Assembly (NCBI GenBank): GCA_964247055.1
Contig: OZ176053.1
Span: forward strand, 1,922,001 to 1,986,000
Direction of reading: 5' to 3'
From: Paragordius varius
Lineage: Eukaryota; Animalia; Nematomorpha
Length of the DNA: 64,000 bases
The notes below the pieces were generated by a model, which did no database searches, had not been told where the DNA came from, and was given only the letters and a program-made list of their open reading frames with translations. Positions 25,701 to 37,409 of the stretch are shown piece after piece. Both the position numbers and the translations under genes were made by a program. Position 1 is the stretch's first letter. The number at the start of each line of letters is the position of its first letter.

Positions 25701-28700
25701 AAAATTATAGATTGTAAGCGTTAGTACAAATGGCAAAGTTGTTTTATGGCATTGTAATACAAAACTCCAGGATATGGAAATCGATCATGAATATGTGAAG
25801 GGAAAAATGCTCTTGTCTTCTCTAACCAATGAATTTTGCACGAATCCTGAAGGTTATAATATATACACTATTAATGTTACCATACGAAACTTTTATTGGA
25901 AATCATTTACTTATAGTTGTATGGCGTAGTTTTGATAAAATGAGAAAAAATTATTTATATTAACATACTGGAAAACAAGTAAGTAATTATAATTATGCAT
26001 ACATAATTTTTTAATACTTAATTATCAATTATTTTAAATAATATTATACGAGCAAAAGTTATATTAATTATGACATATAATATCCATTTACTTTAAATAT
26101 TATTTAAATCAGGGGGGTGTACAACACTAAAATAAATTGTTGGTAAGTTTTTACAGCCTTATGTTTAAATTATCAATAAAATATTTGTTAATGCCGCGTT
26201 CATATATCAATGTAGGTGTTAGACATGAGTTTATGAGTTTTTGAACCCTAATAATATACCATTTAACTTTTTTATTTTTTTATATTTATAAAAAATGAAG
26301 TTTTGTTTGTAATTTTATTAATACTGAAAAAATAATAAACTAAGCCATAAAAATAGATTTATTTCGTATTAATAATGAGTTATATTAGCCCGAAAACGAT
26401 AAATTATTTTTAGGGTTAATAATTGTTCAGGGGTGAATTTGAATTTTAAATGGTATATATTGGATTTGAGTTCATATATACAGTATGTATTTTGATAGTT
26501 ACCTATTTCACACTTTACTATGGCAATTTGCAACACAACAGTACTGTATGGAAAAAGAAAGGAAATAATTGTTTATTCACTATTTTGTTGCGTTTTTTCC
26601 ATACACTATTGTTGTGTTTCAAATTGCCCTACTATATTGTGAAATAAGCAACCATTAAAATGCCACTGTATATTGATAAAAAATTTTTTTATAGAAGACG
26701 AATATATACGAGACGTGATGCAAGACAAAAATAATGAGGATAGAGAATCTAACGCGTATTTATTTTATCTAACTTTTCGTTTTTAACATAAATTTATCAA
26801 GTAAATATTAATTCACATAAATGGCATATTTGGTTTATAATTTTTTTTAACACATCCTCAATTGTTAATGATAATATACCATTTATTTTGTAACCGCCAT
26901 ATACCCTTTTTAAATATATTGTTTATAAAAATGTATAAAAATATATATGTTTTATTTAGCGATAAAATCATTGGAAAAAATAGTGACGTTGAACCAACAA
27001 TCAAAATTAAATTATCATCAAATCCTCCCCCCTTAATCCGTTATAAAATTGAAAAAAAGTACAAATTGATTATTACTTGTTTTATGTTATTATAAAAAAA
27101 TTAGTGTATTATTATTAAATACCAACTCTTTTTTTAACAAACGGTCATATTATATGTATGTTAATATTAATTAAACTGTTTTTCAAAATATAAATATTGA
27201 CCTAATATAAAAACGTAATTGGCGAAATGGCTAAAGAATATATATTCTTTTGATAATTTTTCATTTGCTCAATTTTTATTTTAAACGACAATATATACCA
27301 ATTACAATTCAAATTCACCCTCAAAAAAATGGTTTTTTATGATGAAAAATTATTTATATTTTTGTTGTATTTTTTAAAAAATAAAATTTTGTTTAAAGTT
27401 GTAATAATACTGAAAAAATAATAAATTATATGCCATATGAATAAATTATATTTATGATGAGTTATATTAGTTTGAAAAACACATAATTTATTTTTAGGGT
27501 GATTTGAATTGTTCGAGGGTGAATTCAAACTGTAAATGGTATATTAATAGTAAACAATTATTGTTATGATTATATGATATTTTTATTCATTTTTTACAGA
27601 TTTTTATATGAAAAACCATCTTCAAATCATTCCACTTTACAAGAAAAACGTGACAATAATGTTAACAATTATTTTGAATCACCCTTTATTGATGCTGCAG
27701 GAGAAAAGCCTAAAAAAACTACTAACGATTTAGATTTTAGGGAATGTAATAATAAAAATAAAAATGATGAAATTAAATGGGCTGTATCAGGCCCATTCGT
27801 TATAACGTGTTGTGATTTCAATACACTCAGGGGTCTTTTAGTATCCGGAACAAATATTGGCGTTTTTTATATACATGAAATGCCAGAATTTTTACCGCTT
27901 CAAACGCTGAGGTAAACTGCGTAAAAATTATATGTATATCTTATTTTGGAACGTTGATGAAAAAATTTTTTATATATGGTAATTAAAGCTATGAAATTTA
28001 AAAATAATCTTTTTTTGCAGAAAAATGATATTTATTCCTTGGTTTTTCATATATAATCAATATGATTACAATTGGAATGTAAAATTGAATGTTTCACTTC
28101 GCTATTTTTTTTATTGGGCTAAGCTATTTTTAGAGAATAGAGATATATAAAATTGGTGTATTTTTAATAAATATTTTTTTTACCTTTAAGTCATATATAA
28201 ACATTTGTTATTGAGGCTAACGATAAAAAAATTTGCTTTATTACACATTTTGCAAATTTAGGGCATAAGGATGTGTTTCGAATATTAAGAAATCTACATA
28301 GTTTGGTTTTGGCACCATATGCCCATTTTATTTAAATCTTAAATAAAATTCCATATTATATAACTCAATCGTGCTCCGATTTATACATACGAAACAGTTT
28401 ATTCAAAAATTTAATATAATTGAAAAGACTTGACGTAATCATTTACAGTATGCATTTTAATGGTTATCACACTATAGTAGAGCTATTTGAAACACAGGAG
28501 TGTATGGAAAAAACAATAAAATGTTGAATAAACAATTATTTTCTTTCTTTTTTTACACCCATGTGTTGCAAATTGTCCCCTTCTATATCGTGAAATAAGC
28601 AATTATTAAAATACATACTGTTAAGCCATTATCTCTGATTTAATGTATAAATACCCATTTGATATTATCATAACTACCAATATTTCGAAAAAACATTTAT

Positions 28701-31700
28701 CATGTTAACTGCCAGCTTCTTTTTATAAACGATATGGATTTATAACCAATCAATCAAACAAACCTAAACCTCACCTTAGTCAACTATTATTAACATCTAT
28801 GAATACACGAAATATATATATAATTAACACATAGTTTACCAGAACATAACCCGTTGAATGCCATAACAGTTAACCCAAGTGGGGAATGGATAGCTTTAGC
28901 AACCGCTATAACTGGTAATCTCGTGGTTTGGGAATGGCAAACCTCCAATTTTGTCCTAAATCAACGCGGTCATTTCAATGATGTTTGTGTTTTAGCTTAT
29001 GGACCTGACAACTCACGCCTAGCTTCGGGTTGTTGGGATGGAAAAGTTTAGTTTTATTTTGCGGTTAATTTTTTTTCTGAAAAAAATCCTGAAAATTTTG
29101 GTTTTATTTCAAAAAAAAATTTTTTCACTTTTGTACACATGACTTTTTATGTTTAGATTTGGGTTGTTTGGGATGGAAAATTAGTTTTAATTTTTTTTAA
29201 GGTAAATTTGTTAGATTTAATATTATAAATTATTCTGATTTATGAGATTGTTATTAAGATACAATAAGTAGTATAATGAAGAATTATAAAATTAACCTGT
29301 TAAAATTAGAATTATTTAAAATGTTTTTCTCAGGTTTTTGATTGATTTTATTCATATAATTATTTAAGAAAAGTATCTTTGTTTTTACCGTATGTTTTGA
29401 TTACAAATTAATAAATATGATAGATTTTGATTCTTTTTTAGTTTCTGACACCAATGTTTACTAATATAAATGTAATGTACTCTTTTGAAAGTTTATATTT
29501 TTTTATGGCGGTTTACATAATTATGTAAAAAACAGAATCAAACTAAATTTTTAGATTTCATAACTTTAATATTCATTATTAAATTTTTCTTTAGGTGAAA
29601 ATTTGGGATACCGTGTCGGGCCTATGTCTCAAAACCTTTATGGATCATTCATCCGCTATAACGCAAATTAGGTTTGGAGCTAAAGGAAATGCTGTATTTA
29701 CCTCCTCACTTGATGGCACAGTTAAAGCTTATGATTTAGTTAGGTACGTTCCCCTTTTCTTAAAAAAAAGATTGGTTTAAAGAGTATTTTAATTGGTGCC
29801 CACCCAAAGAGAAGTTTTTTACCTAAATAATAATTAAAGTAAAGAATTTGATAAATATTTTACTTTTGAAATATGTGCTATTTATTTATAACTTTTTGGC
29901 TAATAAATGGGTTTTATTGCTATTACCAATGAATTTCATCAAAAATGTTTTTTGATAAATTGTTTAAAACTTTATTGTTAAAAAACTGCGTACGTTTTTT
30001 CTACCTATGGAAGAAAAGCATTTTTACAGTTATCTTTATATACATACGCTTTTTTGATTTTTTATATGCGCTATTTTATTCTAAATAATATATATTTCTT
30101 TTTTTATTAGATTCAAATAGCGACGCACAACTATACTAAAATAATTAATAAATTTATTAAAGTATTAATTTTTTCCACTAAACCATTGATCGCCCTACAT
30201 TTAAGAAAATTACCTATTAATTTAAAAAATTCACTTTCTTTATTTTTATTAGGATTAGTATTTTTTAAAAACTAAGGTAGTACACTTGCACAAATATTTT
30301 GGATAAGAAATTTTTTTACAATTTCAATTTTATTTCACATAATTTTTGAAAAACTTGGAAATAATTATTATTTTTATAATTGCATTTATAAATATCCTTG
30401 TATATTTTTTAAAATTTGTATGGTAGGTGTTTGTTTAGTTATGAATAATTTTTATCATTTATTATAGAATGAAATGTTTTCGAACATTTTCCTGTCCAGT
30501 ACCAGAAGATAGTTCCAGGACTCATCAATTATCAAGCTTAGCTTTAGATAATTCATCTGGTATCTATTTATTTTCGTTATCAATAAAAAAAGGGGGTTAA
30601 AATACTTTTTACACCCATATTTAAAATTTTTATTCTAATCTTAGATTTTTTTAATATATCACTCTTAATATGTCTATAATATAAAAAATAATTATACTAT
30701 TTTTTAAAAAAGACTCAATTTTTTATGCATCATATATAATTTGTTCTTTAATTATCCAGGTAATACTTTTGCCAGCCAACTTTCAACCCAATTCGTATTT
30801 GCCGGTTCAAGTTTGTCCTTTGAAATATATTTGTGGAGCTGTAAAACAGGACAACTCCTTGAAGTGTTTACTTTGTTTTTTTTTTCGTTTTTTATAAACA
30901 CATTTTTTGAATTATTTTTAACATAAATTACATATATATCCATGTTTACAGTAAAAACTGAAATTATACGGACAAAACGTAAAAACATAAAGACAAATAT
31001 TTTTTTCTAAAAGACAACCATATTTTTTATATCTTGATGTTTAAAAAGGCAAAGTTTGAAATAGATATATATATATATATATATAACACAATTAATTATA
31101 TATTTTACAATTGTAATGATGAGAAACATTAAGGTTTTACAAAGTATGGTTGGTTGGTTGGTTGTCTTTTTGAAAAAAATATTTGTCTTTAAATTTATAC
31201 GTTCGCCGTATAATTTTAATTTTATTATTTTTTGTTTAAAAAATTATTAATTTCTATTTTGTCAAAATATTTATTTATTAAAGACGCTTAGCGGTCACAG
31301 TGGTCCAATTAGTGCCCTTGAATTCGATGCACAAAATTGTATCCTTATTAGCGCAAGTTGGGACCAAACTATAAAAACTTGGGATGTTTTAGGTTCTAAA
31401 ACCTGTACAGAAACGATAATTGTCGGTTCAGAAGGTCAGTTAATTTTTTTTAAAACTAAACCTCAAACATTGGCCGATTATTTTTTTAGCTTAATTGCAA
31501 TTTTTACTTCAATTTTTGCATTTAACTGAAAATTATAATAAAAATATTAAATTCTTGTGTAAAAAAAAACTTTACTAGTATATATATTAAAAAATAATAG
31601 ATAGCTTTTATGTTTTTTAATGCTCTATAGATATAATGTTTATTACATTTTATATATATTTTTTGTAATAATAGTTGATTTTACAAAAAGCTTCAATATA

Positions 31701-32034
31701 AAAACTAAAAATTTACCCCAAATTAGAAATGAAATTTAAAAAAATGTATTTGTAATTTTAAGACAAAATGCAAGTAAAAACTTTTTATGCGGACAATACG
31801 TAAAAATATAAAGACAAATATATTTTTCTAAACAACCATACTTTCCAAATCGAGATTTAATATAACTCATCTTCAAATGGCAAAGTGTGGATATATATAA
31901 TACTAAGAAAATCAATTCTATATTCAATTTTAACTAAATAGCTTATATGGAAATAAGGTTTTAAAAAATATAATTGCTTTTTATAAAAAATATTTGTCTT
32001 TATTTTTTTACCTTTTGTCCGTATAATTTCATTT

Positions 32035-32070
<36 letters not shown>

Positions 32071-35000
32071 TTTTATATTTGTAACATATGTTATAAAATT
32101 TTATTTTTTATCGCTTAATATAAGTGTTTATGTTTAGTCCTTACTATGGCACTCCACCCTTTGGGTGGAATAATTGGAATATCTACGCTAAATGGTCATC
32201 TCAGTTTTTGGGACACAAAAAGTGCTGAGCCCTTGGGTACTATTGAAGGTGCTCAAACAGATTTACAACCTGGGCGATCACATACAGACCTTATAAAAGC
32301 AACCACAATAGCTAAATCAAAGTAGTAGCCCTAGCTAATAATCATTAATTGGTTAAAATATTTTAGTTTTTTTTAAATCAAAAGATCATTTTTGGAATAA
32401 CGCGAGAACGGGAATAATGTATGCATTTTAATGGTTGCACATTTGACATTATAGTTGGGCAATTCGCAACACAGTGGTATATAGAAAAAACAACAAAATG
32501 TTGAATAAACAATTATTTCCTTTTTTTCCATACACTCCTGTGTTGTAAATTGCCCCGCTACAGTGTAAAATAAGCAACCAGTAAATGCTTACTGTAATAA
32601 TTTTAAATAAGGGCGATTACTGTATTAATTTTCAGTAATTATGTCTCAAAAATTATAACCTTATAGGAAATCGGAAACGTCCATGATAACCAATTTGGTT
32701 AATTATTCATAGAAAAGACCGCTTATTTTTTGAGGGAGGGGGATGGTAAATTTTGAACAAAAAATTGCTTGTTTGGCAGCATGATTTGATTAGTTTATTG
32801 TTATGCGTTATTTTATAAAGCTAAGAAGGTATGTTTTCAGTTTCGTGAACATTTTAACTAAATTATTCATTTTCCATTAATTAGGGCTTTTACCGCCCTT
32901 GCTTTTAGTCCGGATGGGGAAACACTTCTGGCGGGTGGTGATTCCAAATATATATGTTTTTATGCCCTACCCTATATGGATGAAACCAATCAAACGAATA
33001 ATAATTCAAATATTGCCTGGAATCAGGTTACGCTACTCAAAAAATGGGCTATAAATCAAAACCGATCGCTTGACCGGTTAGCCAGTGATGAAAGTTTGGA
33101 CCGAAGACGATTAACGGAATTTGGTATAGATAAAATAAATTTTTCACGAAAAATGGTTCATTAAAATCTCGTATATCATGTTTCTATACCTTACTAATTT
33201 ACAATTAAACTTTTTAAACACTTTTTTATGCTTAAATCTTTTGTGAATTCACGTTTGTATCTCCTATTAATTTCCATTTTTTCAATTACTCCTTTAATTA
33301 CGAAATTAAGTACATTTAATTCCTAATCATAAGTTACCACGTTTTCCTCAATATACTAAAAAACAATAAAACGCAATCATCATACTGTATGTTTAGTTTA
33401 ATTACATATATAAAGTAGCGTATGGCATAAAACAATGTTAGTCCATAAAAGAATAATTTTCTGAAAAACAACTCTAGTTGTATATTATCATATCCATAAT
33501 GAGCCCTTTTTTAAAAAATGTTTTTATTCTTCAATGATGAACTAACGTTGTTTTATGTCATACGTTACTGTATTCCATTATATATATATGGAATTTTATG
33601 TATAAATTTATTAATTATTAGGTAACTTAGCGCGCTCAGAATTTGAAGTTAATACAAACATTATGGATGACATTGAAAATGGTGGTGCTGGAACAGGGAG
33701 CAATAATTCTGCTGCTGGAATAAAAGCCATGGCAATCAAATTACCAGGCGTCCGGGCCCAAGGGGGCGTTGATGGAAGTTCGCGTTTTTTTGCGCCTGAA
33801 ATGCGTTTAACCTCAATTAACTTTTCTCCTGATGGTATATATCTACATACCATTTACATTTCAATTTCACCCTTTGAACAATGCAAATTCACCCTTAAAA
33901 ATTCAAATTCAGTCGTAAAAATATATTTCATGTTAATGATGAATTATATTATCCCGAAAACACATAACTTATTTTTAGGGTGATTTTGAATTGTTTAAGA
34001 GTGAATTTGAATTGTTCGAGGGTGAATTTGAATTGCACAAGGGTAAATTAAATTGTAAATGGTATATAAATGTTTGGGCTTAAAAATGTTTTTGATGGGT
34101 AATTATATATATTTATATGTTAATGATTGCATTGCCAATTGATTTATTATATATGGAGATGGTTAAACACCTCTATCGTATAAAATAAAATTTATGTTTT
34201 TTTGCAGTAATTACTAGCTATTTTTCGCAAGAAAATATTGTGCAAAAAATATGAAATCCAAATGAATACATTTTGTTTTTGTCTATAGTTTTAACTGTTT
34301 ACTGAATTTACATATACCTTTTGTTAACAATTTTTCCATTTTTTAACCATGTTATAACCTTTTTTCTTTTATGAGTAGAAAAGAACGATACTCAATTGCT
34401 TTTGTATGTAACTATTATATTTCAATTTTTATTTTTTTTAGATAGTTGTCGGATAACACACGATTTTCGGTTAAGCTTTATAGAGAATTTTACCTTTATA
34501 GCTTTTATTATATATTTAATAGGCCGTTCTTTTGCAACAGCATGTACTGAAGGAATACTCATTTATTCAGTTGATCCACCCCCGCGTTTATCATTAGCCC
34601 ATTATTTTGATACGGCTTTAGGTATGGATAGTAGTGTAACGCCACAAAATATTCAACATTATTTACGTCAGGATGTAAGGGAATATGGGCGTGCCTTGAT
34701 AGCTAGCTTGAAACTTGGTGACATGGAAATGTTAAAATTAACACTTATAACTATACCTGAGAATGAGGGTATGTTTTTAGCTTTATTTTATTTTATTGGT
34801 TTAGAATGTTTTAAAATATCTACATTTTTTGGATAAATATTGAATTGTAATGCTACCTTAATTCATGGTAAACTTGATTTTTTTTTCAACGCTTAAATTT
34901 TGTGTAAAATTTATTACACACTTTTAAGACTCTAGAGAAAAAAAGATTTTTTCATAACATAATATTTCCTAAAATTAAACATACGCAATATGAAAATAGA

Positions 35001-36101
35001 TTTATTTCGGTATGTAGCTTTTACAAACATTTAATAATATTTATAGTAAAAAAATGTTTTATCTATTTTTTTTTCAAAATGCTAGTTAACCGTTTAATTA
35101 AATGCCTTTCCCCACCATGTGTCTTGCGATTATCCCAAGCCCTAACTCAATGTGTCACCACGTCACAAAAAGATAAAAGTAATGAAATTTCACGCCTGAA
35201 TACAACAACTGCAGAACAATCATTAAATAACTCCTCGCCTCCCAATGTAAAACAAATACCGATTGAATTTTATATGCGTTGGATACATGCCCTATTAGTG
35301 GTTAGGGGTCCTGATGTTTTTTCCAAGTCTGCATATCAAAAAACAACATTATTATTTGATGAGCCTAAAAGCATCAATAATAAAAACCAGGATAATATAA
35401 TGCCAATATCTTCACACTTACAGATTGGACCAATCCTTATGGGATTGCGACAGGCCCTGTCATCCCGATACGATTCTTTGAGAGAAATGTAATATAAACA
35501 AAAATTATTATTGTTGTAAATTTTAAAGACGCAGCATATAAAGTGAAGGACTAATACAGTAGCGTATTGTGTAACAAACAGTTACTCTATAAATTAAATA
35601 AGTTATGTGGAATGATAGGGAAAAAATGTTTATTTGTATAACTTGTAGTGTTTTACCATACGCTACTGTAATAGTTTCTTTGCAAAGAAATGACTCTCTT
35701 TTCTTTATAACCTACCTATATGATTACTATTATTAAAGATTAAAGTGAGTGTACGCTCTACTTCTTATTTTACAACCGAAAATATAGGTTATCATTAGAA
35801 ATTAACTTTTTATAAAATAGGACTTAAAATTAGGCTTTTTACTTTATGTCTTGATAATATGATTTTTACCGTATATAAATATCATTAGAAATTAACTTTT
35901 TAAAAAATCGGATTTAAAATTAGTCTTTTTACTTTATGTCTTGATAATATAATTTTTACCGTATATAAATATCATTATTTAAGTATTTTTATATATTATA
36001 ACCTATTGATGTGCTTTTGCAGATGTAATCACAACAAATATTATGGGGAATATGCGGAAATGTTGAATGGTTTTAAAGATAATCATCTCTCTGTAAAATA
36101 A
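22723..36101 (+). CDS. PWP2: Periodic tryptophan protein 2 (UTP1, WD40, SSU processome); exons 22723-22740, 22764-22873, 22899-22993, 23023-23122, 23147-23293, 23796-23934, 25711-25852, 26695-26755, 27600-27911, 28835-29045, 29595-29743, 30468-30559, 30760-30863, 31284-31434, 32138-32321, 32885-33123, 33622-33834, 34523-34768, 35086-35488, 36023-36101
   Basis: The spliced product reads MKHAFQFSNLLGTLYRKGN..., GNLVVWEWQTSNFVLNQRGHF, LSGHSGPIS...SASWDQTIKTW, AFTALAFSPDG..LAGGDSKYIC, FAPEMRLTSINFSPDGRSFATACTEGILIYS, collinear with recalled PWP2 from end to end. All 19 junctions are GT-AG and in phase. Confidence 0.95.
22741..22763 (+). other. 23-nt GT-AG intron (PWP2 intron 1)
   Basis: GTATATCATTTTTCACCCTTAAG; removal gives MKHAFQ-FSNLLG (recalled PWP2 N-terminus MKFAYRFSNLLG). 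Confidence 0.88.
22874..22898 (+). other. 25-nt GT-AG intron (PWP2 intron 2)
   Basis: GTTTTTAATTGTTTAATTTTTTTAG; removal gives LSIYSLK-R-GKSETLPL (cf. VTVFDLKNNKSDTLPL). Confidence 0.88.
22994..23022 (+). other. 29-nt GT-AG intron (PWP2 intron 3)
   Basis: GTTTATAATACCCATAATGATAATTATAG; removal gives LIVINE-E-GETIIYSL (cf. AIIVDEGGDALLVSL). Confidence 0.85.
23123..23146 (+). other. 24-nt GT-AG intron (PWP2 intron 4)
   Basis: GTAAATGAGTTTATAAATGTATAG. Length is 3n but read-through meets an in-frame TAA; removal gives KISPNN-K-YFAVTK (cf. FSPDGRKFVVTK). Confidence 0.88.
25541..25682. mobile_element. MITE-A, left-truncated
   Basis: GGGTGAATTTGAA x3 then TGTAAATGG|TATA. Confidence 0.75.
26259..26453. 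mobile_element. MITE-A, internally deleted
   Basis: TATA|CCATTTA ... GGGTGAATTTGAATTTTAAATGG|TATA. Confidence 0.75.
26481..26668. mobile_element. Tc1/mariner-type MITE-C (TA|CAGTATG...CACTG|TA); other copies 28446-28620, about 32417-32594
   Basis: Near-palindromic element of about 180 bp, TA TSD, shared internal AATAAACAATTATT and TTGCAAATTG.CCC; all three copies lie in PWP2 introns. Confidence 0.78.
27298..27539. mobile_element. MITE-A
   Basis: Both TIRs present, TATA flanks. Confidence 0.82.
33850..34062. mobile_element. MITE-A in a PWP2 intron, 15 nt after the donor
   Basis: Both TIRs, 21-bp arrays, CATA/TATA flanks. Confidence 0.82.
35791..35977 (+). repeat. Tandem duplication, 90-bp unit x2, in the last PWP2 intron
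   Basis: ATCATTAGAAATTAACTTTTT...ACCGTATATAAAT starts at 35791 and 35881; a third ATCATTA at 35971. Confidence 0.9.
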
Positions 36102-36319
36102 CATAAAAATATACTTTCTTTTCATACAACTATTGTAAAATAAATATATGCTCCACTACATAATCAACATTATTTATATATGTACTGAAGTTTGAGCATT
36201 TTTATTATAATGTTTTTCTTTAAGGTTTTTTAGTATTGCCTATATATTGCTCGAAGTTTTTTTTCATGATATATTTTGGCAGCGCATTATGTTCTTAGCA
36301 TGGCTGAGATAAGATAATA

Positions 36320-37296
36320 AACGGCCCGTGGTTATAATTCAAGGCATACATGTTTGATATTTTTCAGTCTCGAATCTTTTATATAGCTAAAAATAATGGT
36401 TCAAAGGCCTAGATTGCTGAGATATTAGAATACTCGGTTGAAATCTGATTATTACATTTGTTTGATATTGTATAAATTTTATTTAACACAGGAAAATTGA
36501 ATTTAAACCTAAACAAATTTCGAAACAATGTTTCTGTACTATTTATAGCTGAGGCATACCTTACGTCATCGCGAAAATGTTATGAAGTGGATATATTTTC
36601 TATTTAAATAATGTACTAAGAGGATTTGAATCAAATTCTTTTAAAATTTTAAAACAACTTTTTTTCTCATATTCTAACATATTTTAAAAATTGTTAACAA
36701 TCTCCATATTTTTAATTTATTTTAACCAATGTCGCCCATTTTCGAGGGGATAAATATTTTGGCTACATGTAAAATTTACATACTATTGTCGTTATTTTTG
36801 AATATAACATGATATACTTTTTACAATTCAATTTCACCCTTAAACAATACAAATTCACCTTTGAACAATTCAAATTCCCCCTCGAACAATTCAAATTCAA
36901 CCTCAAATAAAATATGTTTTTTAAGATTAAAAATTACCTATATTTTATATATTTTTCAAAAATAAAAATTTTGTTTTAAATTAAAATAATACTGAAAAAG
37001 TAATAAACTATACCATAAACAATATTTTATATTAATAATGAGTTATAATAGTTCGAAAACACATAATTCATTTTTAGGGTGAATTTGAATTGTTCAAAGG
37101 TGAATTTAAATTGTTCAAGAGTGAATTTGAATTGTTCAAGGGTGAATTTGAAATGTTGGTATAGTATAAAATTTTTTGAAATGATACTAAAAAAAATACT
37201 TTCAGTATAATGTGGACTAATAATTTTGATATATAAAGATATAAAAATTTCAAATAACAAACGCAAGCTAATGCCAAAAACGCTTTCCAGCTCCAT
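36320..37296 (-). CDS. Candidate small gene divergent from INTS13 (exons about 37296-37200, 36764-36727, 36601-36564, 36537-36510, plus an unresolved last exon)
   Basis: A phase-consistent GT-AG chain can be built (MELESVFG...HYTE-TKIFIPRKWATL-KIYPLHNIFAM-TTETLFRNLF), including a 26-nt intron. No homology recognised; coordinates approximate. Confidence 0.25.
36817..37159. mobile_element. MITE-A
   Basis: 4 left and 4 right 21-bp units; termini slightly decayed. Confidence 0.82.
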
Positions 37297-37409
37297 TTTT
37301 CTATCAGAAACATTTATATATCATAAGGAAATTTTTTTGTGCATTGTCTCATAAAGCATAATGTTATAACTTCATATAGTGCACTATTCTGTCTTAAATC
37401 GCATCTGTC

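Noticed and set aside
32765-32781. TTGCTTGTTTGGCAGCA resembling the U6 snRNA 5' end
   Set aside because: Similarity stops after about 17 nt and there is no ACAGAGA box.
37027-37160. ORFs with heptad repeats FKFTLEQ / NSPLNN (37027-37296, 37074-37313, tail of 33663-33983)
   Set aside because: They are translations of the 21-bp subterminal arrays of MITE-A, not protein repeats.
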